From the NCBI GenBank assembly GCA_000004985.1, contig GG738872.1: DNA of 64,000 nucleotides. One strand, 5' to 3'. Source of the DNA: Naegleria gruberi (taxonomy: Eukaryota). The notes under the pieces were generated by a model that did not search any database, was not told the origin of the DNA, and worked only from the letters and a program-made list of their open reading frames with translations. Shown here piece by piece: positions 54,031 to 64,000 of the stretch. The translations under genes and the position numbers were made by a program. The stretch's first letter is position 1; each line of letters begins with the position of its first letter.

Positions 54031-55662
54031 ATGTTATTAATAAAATTTTTTAATCAAAAAAAAATGTCTTTCAACGCTTCTTCATCATCACAACCTACAA
54101 AAAGTGTTAATGAAGGGTTGGATTCATCGGACAATATATTTTCCTATTTATTGACTTTAACACCAGATGAGTTGAATTTATTGTATGGTCACACTTGGAC
54201 ATGTAAAGCTGTGTTTAGATTCTTGCCGGATATTGCTAAACAATATGTGATGAGAATGTTGTTGTGTGGTAGTATTAATAGTCAACAAATTGCTATGGAT
54301 ATTCCTAAAAAACTTACTAACTTGTCTGGATATCTCGATTCCAATGGAGCAAAGAAAGGAAGAGAACAAGATCAAGAAGCAATTTTACAAGAAGTAAGAG
54401 ATGCTCACGAAAATGCCTTTTCACAACTTTTAAAATATAGAATCATTTCAAAAACATCAAATTCCGATTTTACACTCAATAGATATTTCCAAGATACATT
54501 TAGGAATTTAGTCACCAGTGTACCATCAGCACAAGCTCCAACAACAAGTCACTCCTCTAGTCACAAGAGGAAGGAACAAGAACCAGAAACAAGTATATCA
54601 GAAGAAAATATGGATGAATTGGAACCAAAAAAGAAAAAGAGAAAAAAGCACAAGACTAAGGAAATTGGAGCTGAATTCTTACAAGAATATTCTAAAAGAA
54701 AATGGGAAAATGTACTGTTATATCTAGTAGGAACAGCAGCTGAATCAGAGCAAACATTCTCAGGAAATGTTAATGAACTGCTCAAGTATTCACAATTAAT
54801 CAAAAAATCTGATACTGTAAGAATTACCAATGAAGGTTTCCAATTTTTACTTCAAGAAACCAAAGTTCAAGTTTGGAAACTTCTTAAACATTATCTTGAA
54901 ACATCTGGACAAAGAAATCAAGTCAAGAATGAAATTCTTAATTTTATTTTCGAATTGGGATTTTTGGATGTTGGAAAAGAGTATAGTAGTAAGGATCTGA
55001 CAAGTACTCAAAAGAGTTTACTCGTCGATTTTAATGATCTTGGTATAATTTATCTTCACAGAGATAAAAAGAAGAAGATTAAAGACAAGTACTTCTTCCC
55101 AACACCTCTCGCCAAAAGTTTGACCGTCTCAATGAGTACAAGTTATGATTTGATTTCATCATTTGGATCTCACAATAGTATCAATAATGGATATATTATT
55201 GTAGAGACCAACTATAGAGTTTATGCCTATACTAATTCTCCACTCCAAATTGCTCTCCTTTCCCTATTTATTTTCCCTGAATATCGTTTACCAAACATGG
55301 TTGTTGGATTAATTACAAGAAGTACAATCAGAGAAGCTTTGAAAAATGGTATCAGTGCGCACCAAATTCTTCAATTCTTAAGATTGAATGCTCACCCTCA
55401 AATGAGACTAAAGAAGCCTGTCATTCCTGATACTGTCTCTGATCAAATTCTCCTCTGGGAAAAGGAAAGAAACAGAGTTATCAAGACTACCAGTGTTGTA
55501 TACGATAAATTTACCAATGTAAGCGAATTGAATGCCACCGTTGACTATGCAAGAAGACAAGGAGCTCTTTTGTGGCACAGTGAAGAAAAGATGATGATGG
55601 TTTGCAAGAGAGAATTCCACGGACTGATGAAGGAATTTATTTCAAGTCAATATTCTAGATAA
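54031..55662 (+). CDS. GTF2H4: General transcription factor IIH subunit p52 (Tfb2/GTF2H4).
   Basis: N-terminal LLTLTPDELNLLYGHTWTCKAVFRFLPDIAKQYVMRMLLCGS and C-terminal ...ILLWEKERNRV...VSELNATVDYARRQGALLW are collinear with the p52/Tfb2 family. A more likely start is ATG 54064 (aaaaaaaATGtct). Confidence 0.75.
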   Translation: MLLIKFFNQKKMSFNASSSSQPTKSVNEGLDSSDNIFSYLLTLTPDELNLLYGHTWTCKAVFRFLPDIAKQYVMRMLLCGSINSQQIAMDIPKKLTNLSGYLDSNGAKKGREQDQEAILQEVRDAHENAFSQLLKYRIISKTSNSDFTLNRYFQDTFRNLVTSVPSAQAPTTSHSSSHKRKEQEPETSISEENMDELEPKKKKRKKHKTKEIGAEFLQEYSKRKWENVLLYLVGTAAESEQTFSGNVNELLKYSQLIKKSDTVRITNEGFQFLLQETKVQVWKLLKHYLETSGQRNQVKNEILNFIFELGFLDVGKEYSSKDLTSTQKSLLVDFNDLGIIYLHRDKKKKIKDKYFFPTPLAKSLTVSMSTSYDLISSFGSHNSINNGYIIVETNYRVYAYTNSPLQIALLSLFIFPEYRLPNMVVGLITRSTIREALKNGISAHQILQFLRLNAHPQMRLKKPVIPDTVSDQILLWEKERNRVIKTTSVVYDKFTNVSELNATVDYARRQGALLWHSEEKMMMVCKREFHGLMKEFISSQYSR

Positions 55663-55838
55663 TATACACATCTAAATAAAATAAATTAATTCAAATATCC
55701 TGGTACATGCTATCTTCTTCCTTCTGATATTAATTTAAATATTAATTTAAATAATTTAAATAATAAGATGTGATGAAAGTAGTTAGTTGAAAAAATTCAA
55801 ATATTCAAAATTGCAAAAGAATTGACTTCAAAAAAAAA

Positions 55839-56675
55839 ATGCAAACTGAACAAACAAACGTATGGGCTCAAGAAGATGCTCAAATGGAAACAACAACTGC
55901 TGAACCAGAATTTCAAGCAGCCAAGACTGGTAAATCACGACGAAAGCAATATCACCTCAAAAAGTCAATTTCTAAACCATATAATGATACCAAGATGAAT
56001 GAATCATCATCCGAACAACAAGACAATACCGAAGAACCATCAACATCAACAACAATTAAATCCATAAAACGTAACAAGACAATCCCACAAAATAGCAATT
56101 ACGTGAGTGTTCGTATTGCAGCTAATCGTTTCACAGCCCTCAAAACTGAATGGGAATCCATATATACTCCTATTGTTGAAAAACTTCATCTCCAAGTAAG
56201 AGTAAATACCAAACAACAAAAAGTAGAAATTAGAATACCAAACAATACTAAAAAGCAAGAAGATGAAGAAGAAAGTGAAGATAACGAAATGTTAAAGAAT
56301 TTAACCAAAGCTAGAGATTTTGTTCAAGCCTTTATGCTTGGTTTTTCAGTTGAAGATTCTCTTGCTTTGTTGCGATTGGATGATATCTATATTGAATCCT
56401 TTGATGTTAAAGATGTTAAACGTTCTTTACAAGGTGATCACTTGAGCAGAGCTATTGCTCGTATTGCTGGTAAAGGAGGTGCAGTCAAATTTACAATTGA
56501 GAATGCAACCAAGACTCGTATTGTTGTTGCCGATGCTCGTATTCATGTGATGGGTTCCTTTGCAAATATTCAATTGGCTAGAAGTGCAATTGTTGATCTT
56601 ATTCTTGGTAGTCCACCTGGTGTCGTGTACAATAAATTGAGAACTGTCAGTCAGAGACTGAAAGAACAATTTTAA
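55839..56675 (+). CDS. PNO1: KH-domain pre-rRNA processing protein PNO1 (Dim2).
   Basis: The C-terminal 170 aa are nearly collinear with PNO1: FTALKTEWESIYTPIVEKLHLQVRVNTKQQKVEIR...ARDFVQAFMLGFSVEDSLALLRLDDIYIESFDVKDV...GDHLSRAIARIAGKGGAVKFTIENATKTRIVVADARIHVMGSFANIQLARSAIVDLILGSPPGVVYNKLRTVSQRLKE. Confidence 0.85.
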   Translation: MQTEQTNVWAQEDAQMETTTAEPEFQAAKTGKSRRKQYHLKKSISKPYNDTKMNESSSEQQDNTEEPSTSTTIKSIKRNKTIPQNSNYVSVRIAANRFTALKTEWESIYTPIVEKLHLQVRVNTKQQKVEIRIPNNTKKQEDEEESEDNEMLKNLTKARDFVQAFMLGFSVEDSLALLRLDDIYIESFDVKDVKRSLQGDHLSRAIARIAGKGGAVKFTIENATKTRIVVADARIHVMGSFANIQLARSAIVDLILGSPPGVVYNKLRTVSQRLKEQF

Positions 56676-56882
56676 ATTGGATAATTAATAATAATATAAT
56701 AATTTTTGAAATTTTTGTTAATTTTAGATTTTATTGGAAATTGTAATTTTTCATTGCAATAATTTCAGTGATAACTTGCACATTTAACTGACTATGACCA
56801 TAACCATTCCTTCTTGTTCATGTTTGAGAGTATGAGTTTCAGAATTGAATTAGAAATTGGTACAAGTTGTTATTTACATTAA

Positions 56883-58903
56883 TTAAACTTTGCAATCATG
56901 ATAAGCAAATTCCATACGTAAATCAAATAATTCTTGTGAAAATTCTGTTTGAATTCCTGAATGTTTGGCTACTAAACGCCTTAATCCCTTATCGTTATAA
57001 ATTTTATCATCAAAATTAGCTAAATCACATCCTAATGTTGCAGCTTCTCTGGCAATCTCCTTACTACCACTAAAATTCATAAACAAATCCTCATCTCTAC
57101 TACGTTTCATTGCCTTAAGAACAAACTCTTTGTTTTTTAATACTCCTTCTGAACAGAAAAAAACCATTTGTTCGGTAATATGAATTTCGAGTAGATCTAA
57201 AAGAAAGTTCTCATCATTTTGTAAACGATGTGAAATGGCATTTCTTGTTAACTCAAATTCTATACGTTCTTTGTGTAATCTAAGAAGGAAAACACTGTCA
57301 TCCTTCAATCTATCTGATGCAAAACGCATATTACTAAAGTGTTGCTTTACTGCTAAGCAGACAAAACATTCTTCATCTATGAAAAATTAATAAATACAAA
57401 GATATTTGAAAACTAACCTTTGAATCTATCAGGAAAGTGCTTGAAAACTCTACCAGTTATGTTCAAACAATTCAAAGCAAATTCTCTGTCTTCGAATAAT
57501 TCTTTTGGAATGAATTTAGAGGTTTTCTTCTTTGCTTGGAGGGATTTAAGCACAAATGATTTGTCACAGCGAAGATTATCAGCAGCAAAATGAAATGCGT
57601 GATGGTTAATTGTAATTAGTGAGATCATGTATTCTTCGTCCTTTTTCCTTTGGTTCATAAAGTTGAAATCTTGAAGCCAAGACAAATCTATCAGTGGAAG
57701 TGATTTGTAAAAACGTGCGTGAAGGTTACAGAAATCTTCCCAATATTTTGTCATGAAACTACTGTCTTGCAATAATTCTTCAGATGCATGTTTTAAGAAA
57801 GTCGGATTAAATATGAAGAGGTCTATAATTCTTTTCTTGTCCGATCTTTCTTTTTTAACATTTCTTAGTACTTCTTTTTGAAGTGATGTCAATACAGCAA
57901 TATCTATTTCAATAAGCAGTAGAGATTTAGCACATTGTCCAGCCACTTGTTTAAGGAATGCGAGGTCATTTTTCATATCTTCTGGTACATGGTAAATTGC
58001 TGCAAAATTCTCCATGATAGCTCTCAACATAAATGCAGAATCATCTATCAATGGACAATCTCTCAAGTGATCTCCCTTTAGTTTCACCAATTTCAACATG
58101 AATGACTCATCTTCTAAGAGTCTGGAAGATAGATATTTAGACTCAAAATAACCATTTTTTTGATTCATTTTCAGAGCCAGCTCATACAAAAAGTCTTCAT
58201 CATCCAACAAGTCTGTTGATAGTATATTAATTGTGAGATTATGATCACATATGGATTTTAACATTATCTCCTTATCATCAGTGAAAAAACCTAAGTAAAA
58301 TAAGGATGGAATGTGCAGTTCTCCAATTATTCTTAATATTGTTTCAGTATCCTGCAATTCTCTAATACATTTCACCAGCAAATAGGGATAAATATTGATT
58401 AATATTGGATGTCTCAACAATGCAGAAACACCAAATTTACCAACTAATGCTCTCGCCTTCTGTTCATCGATATAATCTATCAAACAGTTTATAGTTGAGT
58501 TATCCTGATATTTCATAATAGAATACAGAACATCCAAATCTTGAAATAAATCCTCATGAATAGATTTCAATTCAGTTTCTAATAATCTGTGGCGGTTTTT
58601 GCGTTTGGCCAGATAATTACAAATGTATTCCTTATCCTTTGAAAACTCAATTGGAATGTGGGGATTGATCACATTCCTATTCTCTAGCCATTTAACTTTT
58701 CCCTTCGATTGTAGTACAAACTTATCCCGAAGCCTTTGCTGATTTTCATTAGTTGATTCGAATAAATCGGAGAGAATTAGTTTCACCCTATCGTGTTGAT
58801 TGGATTGTTGTTGGTTGTATGATTTAAGGCTTGTTGTCTCTTTGCTCTTTTTACTGGGAGGAGCCTTCTTCAGTGATGAATCTGTTAAATTCTTTCGTTT
58901 CAT
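56883..58903 (-). CDS. Repeat protein with DUF4116-like repeats; join(58903..57418,57376..56883) with a 41-nt intron, about 660 aa.
   Basis: Recurring unit of the form (D/E)xxF(V/M/A)L(K/R)xhxxxxxxhxxhxxxLKxD, e.g. DESFMLKLVKLKGDHLRDCPLIDDSAFMLRAIMENFAAIYHVPEDMKNDLAFLKQV, KSFVLKSLQAKKKTSKFIPKELFEDREFALNCLNITGRVFKHFPDRFKD and SVFLLRLHKE, NKEFVLKAMKRS. Donor aaag|gttagt, acceptor tttcatag|; splicing joins the 57413..58903 and 56883..57329 ORFs in frame. Confidence 0.5.
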
Positions 58904-59016
58904 TTTGTGGCTTTTTTTTCTTGTATTTTAAAGAACGAAGGCTTCATGCTAAGTTATTTCACTCTTATGCTTAAAATTAATATTCTTAATCGATGAATTT
59001 TCATCGTGAATAAGAT

Positions 59017-59088
59017 TCCCGTGTAGTCCAATGGCTAGGATACCTGGCTTTCACCCAGGAGGTCCGGGTTCAATTCCCGGCATGGGAG
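59017..59088 (+). tRNA. tRNA-Glu with anticodon UUC.
   Basis: TCCCGTGTAGTCCAATGGCTAGGATACCTGGCTTTCACCCAGGAGGTCCGGGTTCAATTCCCGGCATGGGAG. Acceptor 7/7 with one G-U; anticodon loop CTTTCAC; close to the eukaryotic tRNA-Glu-TTC consensus. Confidence 0.85.
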
Positions 59089-59287
59089 AATCATTTTGCT
59101 AATAGAAATTTCAAGGGATACTTTTTTGTCGTTCAAAACTGTCATTTGTTCATCAATTTTAAACAAGCACACAAGTACTCGGTAAGCTACCATCAAAAAA
59201 CGTGTTTTATTCCAAAGTGCAATTTCAGACTTTCACAAGTTCCAATCCCTGCTCCATCAAACACTTTACAATTAAAGTCTGAAAAAA

Positions 59288-60541
59288 ATGTCTCAATCAT
59301 TAGAATCATTGTCGCCGTCTTGTTTATCGGAGCATCAAAATACAACACCTATTGTTGGTGATAAAAATAGTAGTAGTAGAAAATTAACTCTGGAGGAAAT
59401 GATTGCTCAACAAGATTTTGAAATTGATAATAATATAAAGAATAATTCGGTTGATTACAAATTCTTCTTTGAAGAGGATGAAAAGGATAAGGTTGTAGGA
59501 AAGAATGAAGAGAAGGAGCAAGGACTCTTTGAAAATATGGAGTCTGATGATGAGGATGATGAAGATTATTTTGAATCTGAAGAGGAGAGAAAGTACTGGG
59601 AAAAACAAGCTAAAAAGATGAATCCTAATGGTGAATCATCTTCTAATAAGAGAGCACACGGTCATGCTACACTCTCTCGTAATAATTATGATGATTTGAA
59701 TTTGTATTCGGATGATATGGTCTTGTTAGCAAAGATTGAACAACGCAAATTCAATTGGTATTTAAAGAAAGGATTGGCTGAACAAATTAATGAGAATAGT
59801 ATTAAATTAATGTTCAGACCAAAAGGATACGGACATAAGGATGATGATTTTTATCTTTCCAAGATGGAAAATATTTGTGTTGCTTGTGGAGTTGATAAGG
59901 AGTTGACAAGACATCATATTATCTCATTTGAATATAGAAAACACATGCCAGAGTTTGTGAGATCTCACTCGTCACACGATGTTTGTCTTTTGTGTGCTCA
60001 TTGCCATGAGAAATATGAAACTGAAGCTTTTAAATTGAGAAAACAAATATCGGAAAAGTATGGATCGCCTCTTGGAGGAGTTGGAATGGTAAAGAATGTA
60101 GATTTTGCAAGTGCTAAGAAGGCAGCAAATGCTATTTTGAAATCCAAGGACAAAATGCCAGCCAATCGAGTGGAAGAGTTGGAATATGAACTCAGAATTT
60201 TCATCAAATCATGTGGAAAGTACTCTGATCCAACAGATGATGAGGATGATGATGAAAATGATCCAATACCTCAGGAAATTCTTGAAGATATTGCTTCACT
60301 TCAAGTTACTGACACTACATTATTCCAATCACACGGAGAAGGAGTTATCAAGGCAATGAAGGAGTCGTGTAAAAACGACGATGAATATCTGGACAAATTG
60401 GATGAATTCTGTATCATGTGGAGACAAAACTTTATTGATGTTTTGGCACCAACTCATATGAGTCCTCACTGGAAGGTAGATAAAAAGATTAGACGCTCAA
60501 TCAATGATGACCCAAACAGAATTCAACTAATTACTGAATAG
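59288..60541 (+). CDS. Acidic protein of 417 aa with an HNH-endonuclease-like zinc-finger motif.
   Basis: CVACGVDKELTRHHIISFEYRKHMPEFVRSHSSHDVCLLCAHCHEKYE fits C-x2-C...HH...H...C-x2-C-H (HNH/His-Me finger). Flanked by acidic tracts (SDDEDDEDYFESEEE; DDEDDDENDP). ATG at 59288 with an A-rich leader. Confidence 0.5.
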   Translation: MSQSLESLSPSCLSEHQNTTPIVGDKNSSSRKLTLEEMIAQQDFEIDNNIKNNSVDYKFFFEEDEKDKVVGKNEEKEQGLFENMESDDEDDEDYFESEEERKYWEKQAKKMNPNGESSSNKRAHGHATLSRNNYDDLNLYSDDMVLLAKIEQRKFNWYLKKGLAEQINENSIKLMFRPKGYGHKDDDFYLSKMENICVACGVDKELTRHHIISFEYRKHMPEFVRSHSSHDVCLLCAHCHEKYETEAFKLRKQISEKYGSPLGGVGMVKNVDFASAKKAANAILKSKDKMPANRVEELEYELRIFIKSCGKYSDPTDDEDDDENDPIPQEILEDIASLQVTDTTLFQSHGEGVIKAMKESCKNDDEYLDKLDEFCIMWRQNFIDVLAPTHMSPHWKVDKKIRRSINDDPNRIQLITE

Positions 60542-60615
60542 AGTAATCAAAATTAAATTCTTATTTCGAACAAATTACTTGCATTTTTGATTTAATTCTG
60601 AAAAAGGTTAATTAT

Positions 60616-63600
60616 TTACTTGCTATCTTCCATCATTGCTCTTGCAGCTTCACTTGACAATGTTGTGGAAGAAGAAGGGGCATCATACTTTACAAGGAAA
60701 TCATCGAGTGGAATGGAGCGTTGTCTAAGACTTTCAAATAATTCCTTATTTTGTTTAACGTTACTCTCACCACTATCGATGGCATTCATGTAGAAAGCAT
60801 GAGTTCCTGAGCATTTGGATGGTTCAATTGAGAGAATGGTTGAACCACATACTTTTCCATCAATGATAGAATAACTTCCAGGAACTGTTTGTTTAACTTC
60901 CTCAATACTATCCAAGAATGTTACCATAACTCTAATTCCACTATCTCTGTAATATTTCAATCCATAGATAATATCATTCTTTGATAGATTATTTTCCTCA
61001 ATCCATGCTCCAGAAATAATTTGTTGTGAAGTTACATTATCTTGGCTTTGATCGAATATTTCCTTGTGGAATACGAAAATACATTCCAGTGTAATATTTG
61101 GATTTCTCTTATTGACTCTCTTATTCATGTCTGCAACTTCAAGAACACTTTCTTGTGTAAAATATGGTGATTGAACACTATTGGCAACAGTCCATGAGTG
61201 AATTGGAATAATCATGTGATGACTCTTTTCAACATATTCTTGAATATCGTGTAATCTTAATCTCATACTATCATAAAAGTTGGCATGGACAACAATTTCA
61301 CCTTTAGAAAAGAAGGTTGTAATTTGGTTTTCATAGTGCATACTGATAGAGTGGAACTTTTGTAAAAGAAGACATTTACCACAATGACGAGCATGCTTGT
61401 CTTTTGGAGTGTTGATCATTTCGAGGAACTTTTTCTTGAATCCTTGTAAGAGTGGATCCAAACAAATTTGCAAAGTTTCAATATTTTCATGAATATCAAA
61501 TGAAAGGAGAGGATCAGTGAGACTCATATTCTTATCCTGATACAAGGTATTAGAAGGAGGAATGGTTTCACTCACAGTGTGATCAGTATTACAAAGAGGA
61601 TGACATTGTTTGGCTTCTGTACAGGTTGCAGCAGGAAGAGTTGATGGAGTCACATTGCCAAAATCGACACCTTCTGGGAATTTCTCTTTAATGTAGTCTT
61701 CAAATGGTGTAGAATGATTATAAACATAGACCCATTTGGAGTAGTACAAGTCAGCAACACTCTTTCTATTGAAAATAATGACAGATTTTGGATAATCATC
61801 TTCAAAGGAAAGGTAATGGCCAAGTCTAGAGTCTAGAATGGAAAAGTTGTGTGGAATTTCTTTTCTATCATCCAGATCCTTGTGATGAACAACTCTTACC
61901 TCAATTCCACATGAATGATGGTAATGCATAAGCTTGTAATATTCCTTTTCTTCAGATTCAGTCATATTTGGAATTCCAACAACGAAAATTCTTTTCACGA
62001 CAGCTCCTGGATTAATGTCCAATAGTTTTTTGTTTGCATCGGCAAGATGATATGGATTATGTAAAATCCATTCACCAGTCCATCTGTAGAGAGCAAGATA
62101 ACTATGACGAACAGTCTTGATAATTTCAGTCAAGTTCAATTTGTGATTGGTGTAAACATCTGAACGAAGTTCTATCTTTTCTTCATTAATCAATTTTTCA
62201 AATGTCTGCAGGTAGTAATTGGAAATTTGGAAGAATTTAACTTTCAATAGAGCCATCAACTATATTAGGGTTAATTGGACAAATTGTTACTAAACAAAAA
62301 CTTACAGATTCATGTTTGTGCATATCACCTAAATTCATGTTTTGGATATAATCCTCATAGAGTGAGAGGAGTGATACAATTCTTTCCAATTCAGAATTGT
62401 AACTGTGCTTTTCGTAGGACTTTGGAATAAATAAAAAGTTTCCTCCTCCAAGCTCAACTTCTCCAAATCTTGGAACTTGGACGCCACCTGTTTCCTTGTG
62501 AACTCTTGTTTGAAGTTGTTTTCCTAAATCACTAGCAGTGTAGAATGGAGTGAGAGTTAAATGACCTTTCACACTGGATCCCCATTTGAGAGTTGTTAAA
62601 AGATTTACCAACTCCTTACTAAAGACACCTGGTTTCATTCCATTACTCTTTTGAGAGGAGCAAATAATTTGGACGGCCTTGTTGGAGGAATAGTACTTCA
62701 TATCCTTGGATGGATGGCTATCATTGACTACTTTCATGAGTATACCATTATAGAAAGTGTCAAAAATAAAGAGGGTATGTTTGGCAGCCAATCTATGATG
62801 GAAATTGACAAAGGATTGGTGGGAAATGGCTGTATTAACAAGGTTATCTGGATCAGTATCATATAAGGCCAAATAATTTTCAGTGTAGCCGTTATTGTAT
62901 TGCTTGGAAAGAGAAACACCAGTAAAGAAAATGAGTATGGCATCATCGTTTTGCAAACTATCACTCTCTGCAAGGGAAACAAACAGCTGGTTGACTTTGC
63001 TCCATGTAGCTTCCTCATTTAACAATAATCTAACTTCAAAACCATAAATCTTTGAAAGAATGTTGGAAATATTCATGGCATCGTGAACAGATGAGGCTGA
63101 AGATTGATGCAAAAGTCCATTATGGTGATACTTATCGATGGCAATAACAATGGCCCATTCTCTTCTGTAAGGTGTTGATGATTCCTTTCTCTTCTTCTTC
63201 TTGTCCTTGGAAAGGGAGATGGCTGTTGGATTGAAAGTACTGCTAATACCGTTTGAGGAATTAGAAGAAGTGAGAGAGACAGGTCCACACTCACCATCAC
63301 AACAATCAACAAACTTTCTCTTCTTGGTAGATTCTCCAACCATAATATTTGAACTGCTATCATCCAAAAACTCAAACTTCAAGTCTTGTGGATTAGATAC
63401 TGAAAAGTTACTTGTTCTAATTTCAATTGGCACTTCTCCTTTGAAGTCAATTTGTGGAGCCATTACAAAAATGGCATTTTGGTTAATTTGTTTAATTTCC
63501 ACTTCCTTCTCGCCAAGGAAAACCTTAACTTCCTGTAGGTCGGTAATCAATCTACTATCAAAATTGCATTGAATAAATATGAGATATCCACCAGCATTAG

Positions 63601-64000
63601 AGCCAGATTTTGGAGAAACTATAAAACTACCATTGGAAGCAACTGCAACAGTTTGAGGTTTTTCAGTCGAGGAAGAAGAACCCAAAGAGGCGGTTGATGA
63701 TGACCTAGTTAATTTTTCTTTTGGTGTTTGACTTTGTACAACGATAGATGATACATTATTTGGTACAGGAGAGGAAGGAGGAGAGTTTTCTCCATTATTA
63801 GACAATTCGTCCATATCTTCCTCATCTTTGCCAATATCTTCGCCTCCTTTGGATTTTCTCTTACTCTTAGTATTCTTACCACAATTAATGGCAAATAATT
63901 TAGTGGAATCTACATAGTAAGTCAACCAATTGTCGTAACAAAGTTTGTAACGAAGTTGACAATTCTTCTTATTATTTGATACAATACCAGCCTTAATTGG
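60616..64000 (-). CDS. Large multidomain protein, 5'-partial at the window edge: IPT/TIG-like region, catalytically inactive caspase-fold (peptidase C14-like) domain, and a C-terminal internally duplicated domain of unknown type; join(>64000..62306,62259..60616).
   Basis: A 46-nt intron (gaatct|gtaagtttttgtttagtaacaatttgtccaattaaccctaatatag|ttgatggct) joins the 62237..63925 and 60616..62259 ORFs in phase (...HKHES|LMALLKVKFF...). Caspase-fold alignment: WAIVIAIDKYHHNG...ILIFFTGVSL (compare FHYSGHG) and HTLFIFDTFYNG (compare DSCHSG), so the catalytic His and Cys are both replaced. Two related C-terminal segments: YYKLMHYHHSCGIEVRVVHHKDLDDRKEIPHNFSILDSRLG and YGLKYYRDSGIRVMVTFLDSIEEVKQTVPGSYSIIDGKVCG. 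The frame is open beyond position 64000. Confidence 0.6.

Noticed and set aside
60900-61500. Possible PLD 'HKD' motif (VVHHKDLDD) in the duplicated C-terminal domain of the last gene.
   Set aside because: The spacing does not fit HxK(x)4D(x)6GSxN (Asp one position off, no GSxN in the first half, no HxK in the second). Kept as 'PLD-fold-like at most', not called.
1-64000. Prokaryote-type features (operons, CRISPR arrays, restriction-modification or defence islands) and transposable elements.
   Set aside because: The sequence is clearly eukaryotic nuclear: spliceosomal introns, Pol III genes with internal promoters, ubiquitin, eIF2-gamma and TFIIH. There are no direct-repeat/spacer arrays, terminal inverted repeats, LTRs or transposase/RT ORFs. 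The only nuclease-like gene (HNH) is reported as a finding rather than as a mobile element.

Overview
This window is AT-rich eukaryotic nuclear DNA, about 63-65% AT in coding regions and about 75% AT between genes. It is gene-dense and intron-poor, with 0-3 introns per gene. Donors are GTAAGT/GTATGT, acceptors are A-rich TAG/CAG/AAG, and introns are 26 to about 190 nt with most at 40-75 nt. Start codons usually follow a run of A's. Several proteins contain Asn/Ser/Thr homopolymer tracts. My guess is a protist genome, Naegleria-like or amoebozoan, but I cannot fix the taxon. There are no prokaryotic features, no CRISPR array and no recognisable transposon.

About 40 protein-coding genes are supported. 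Those with confident identities are: a divergent tandem di-ubiquitin; a lipid phosphate phosphatase (PAP2); an alpha/beta hydrolase; three F-box proteins, one fused to a degenerate G-alpha domain; eIF2-gamma; an M16 metalloprotease interrupted by an N-run; cathepsin C; cathepsin B; a GTPase-deficient Rho-like protein; a cytochrome P450; a 1526-aa enzyme combining an acyl-AMP ligase, a carrier domain and a thioester reductase behind an SH3-like N-terminus; an SCP2-like protein; an NHL beta-propeller protein; a SprT/Spartan-like protease; a NodB-type deacetylase; an amino-acid transporter; PIG-N/Mcd4; TFIIH p52; PNO1; a DUF4116-like repeat protein; and an HNH-motif protein. At the right edge is one spliced gene encoding an IPT/TIG-like region, a catalytically dead caspase-fold domain and an internally duplicated C-terminal domain of unknown type. 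RNA genes are a dispersed 5S rRNA and three tRNAs: Ile-AAU, Gly-GCC and Glu-UUC. Two N-runs of about 500 nt are assembly gaps or masked sequence.

Many 'M' starts in the supplied ORF track are TTG or GTG, not ATG. I re-derived starts and splice junctions by hand, so exon coordinates are approximate.
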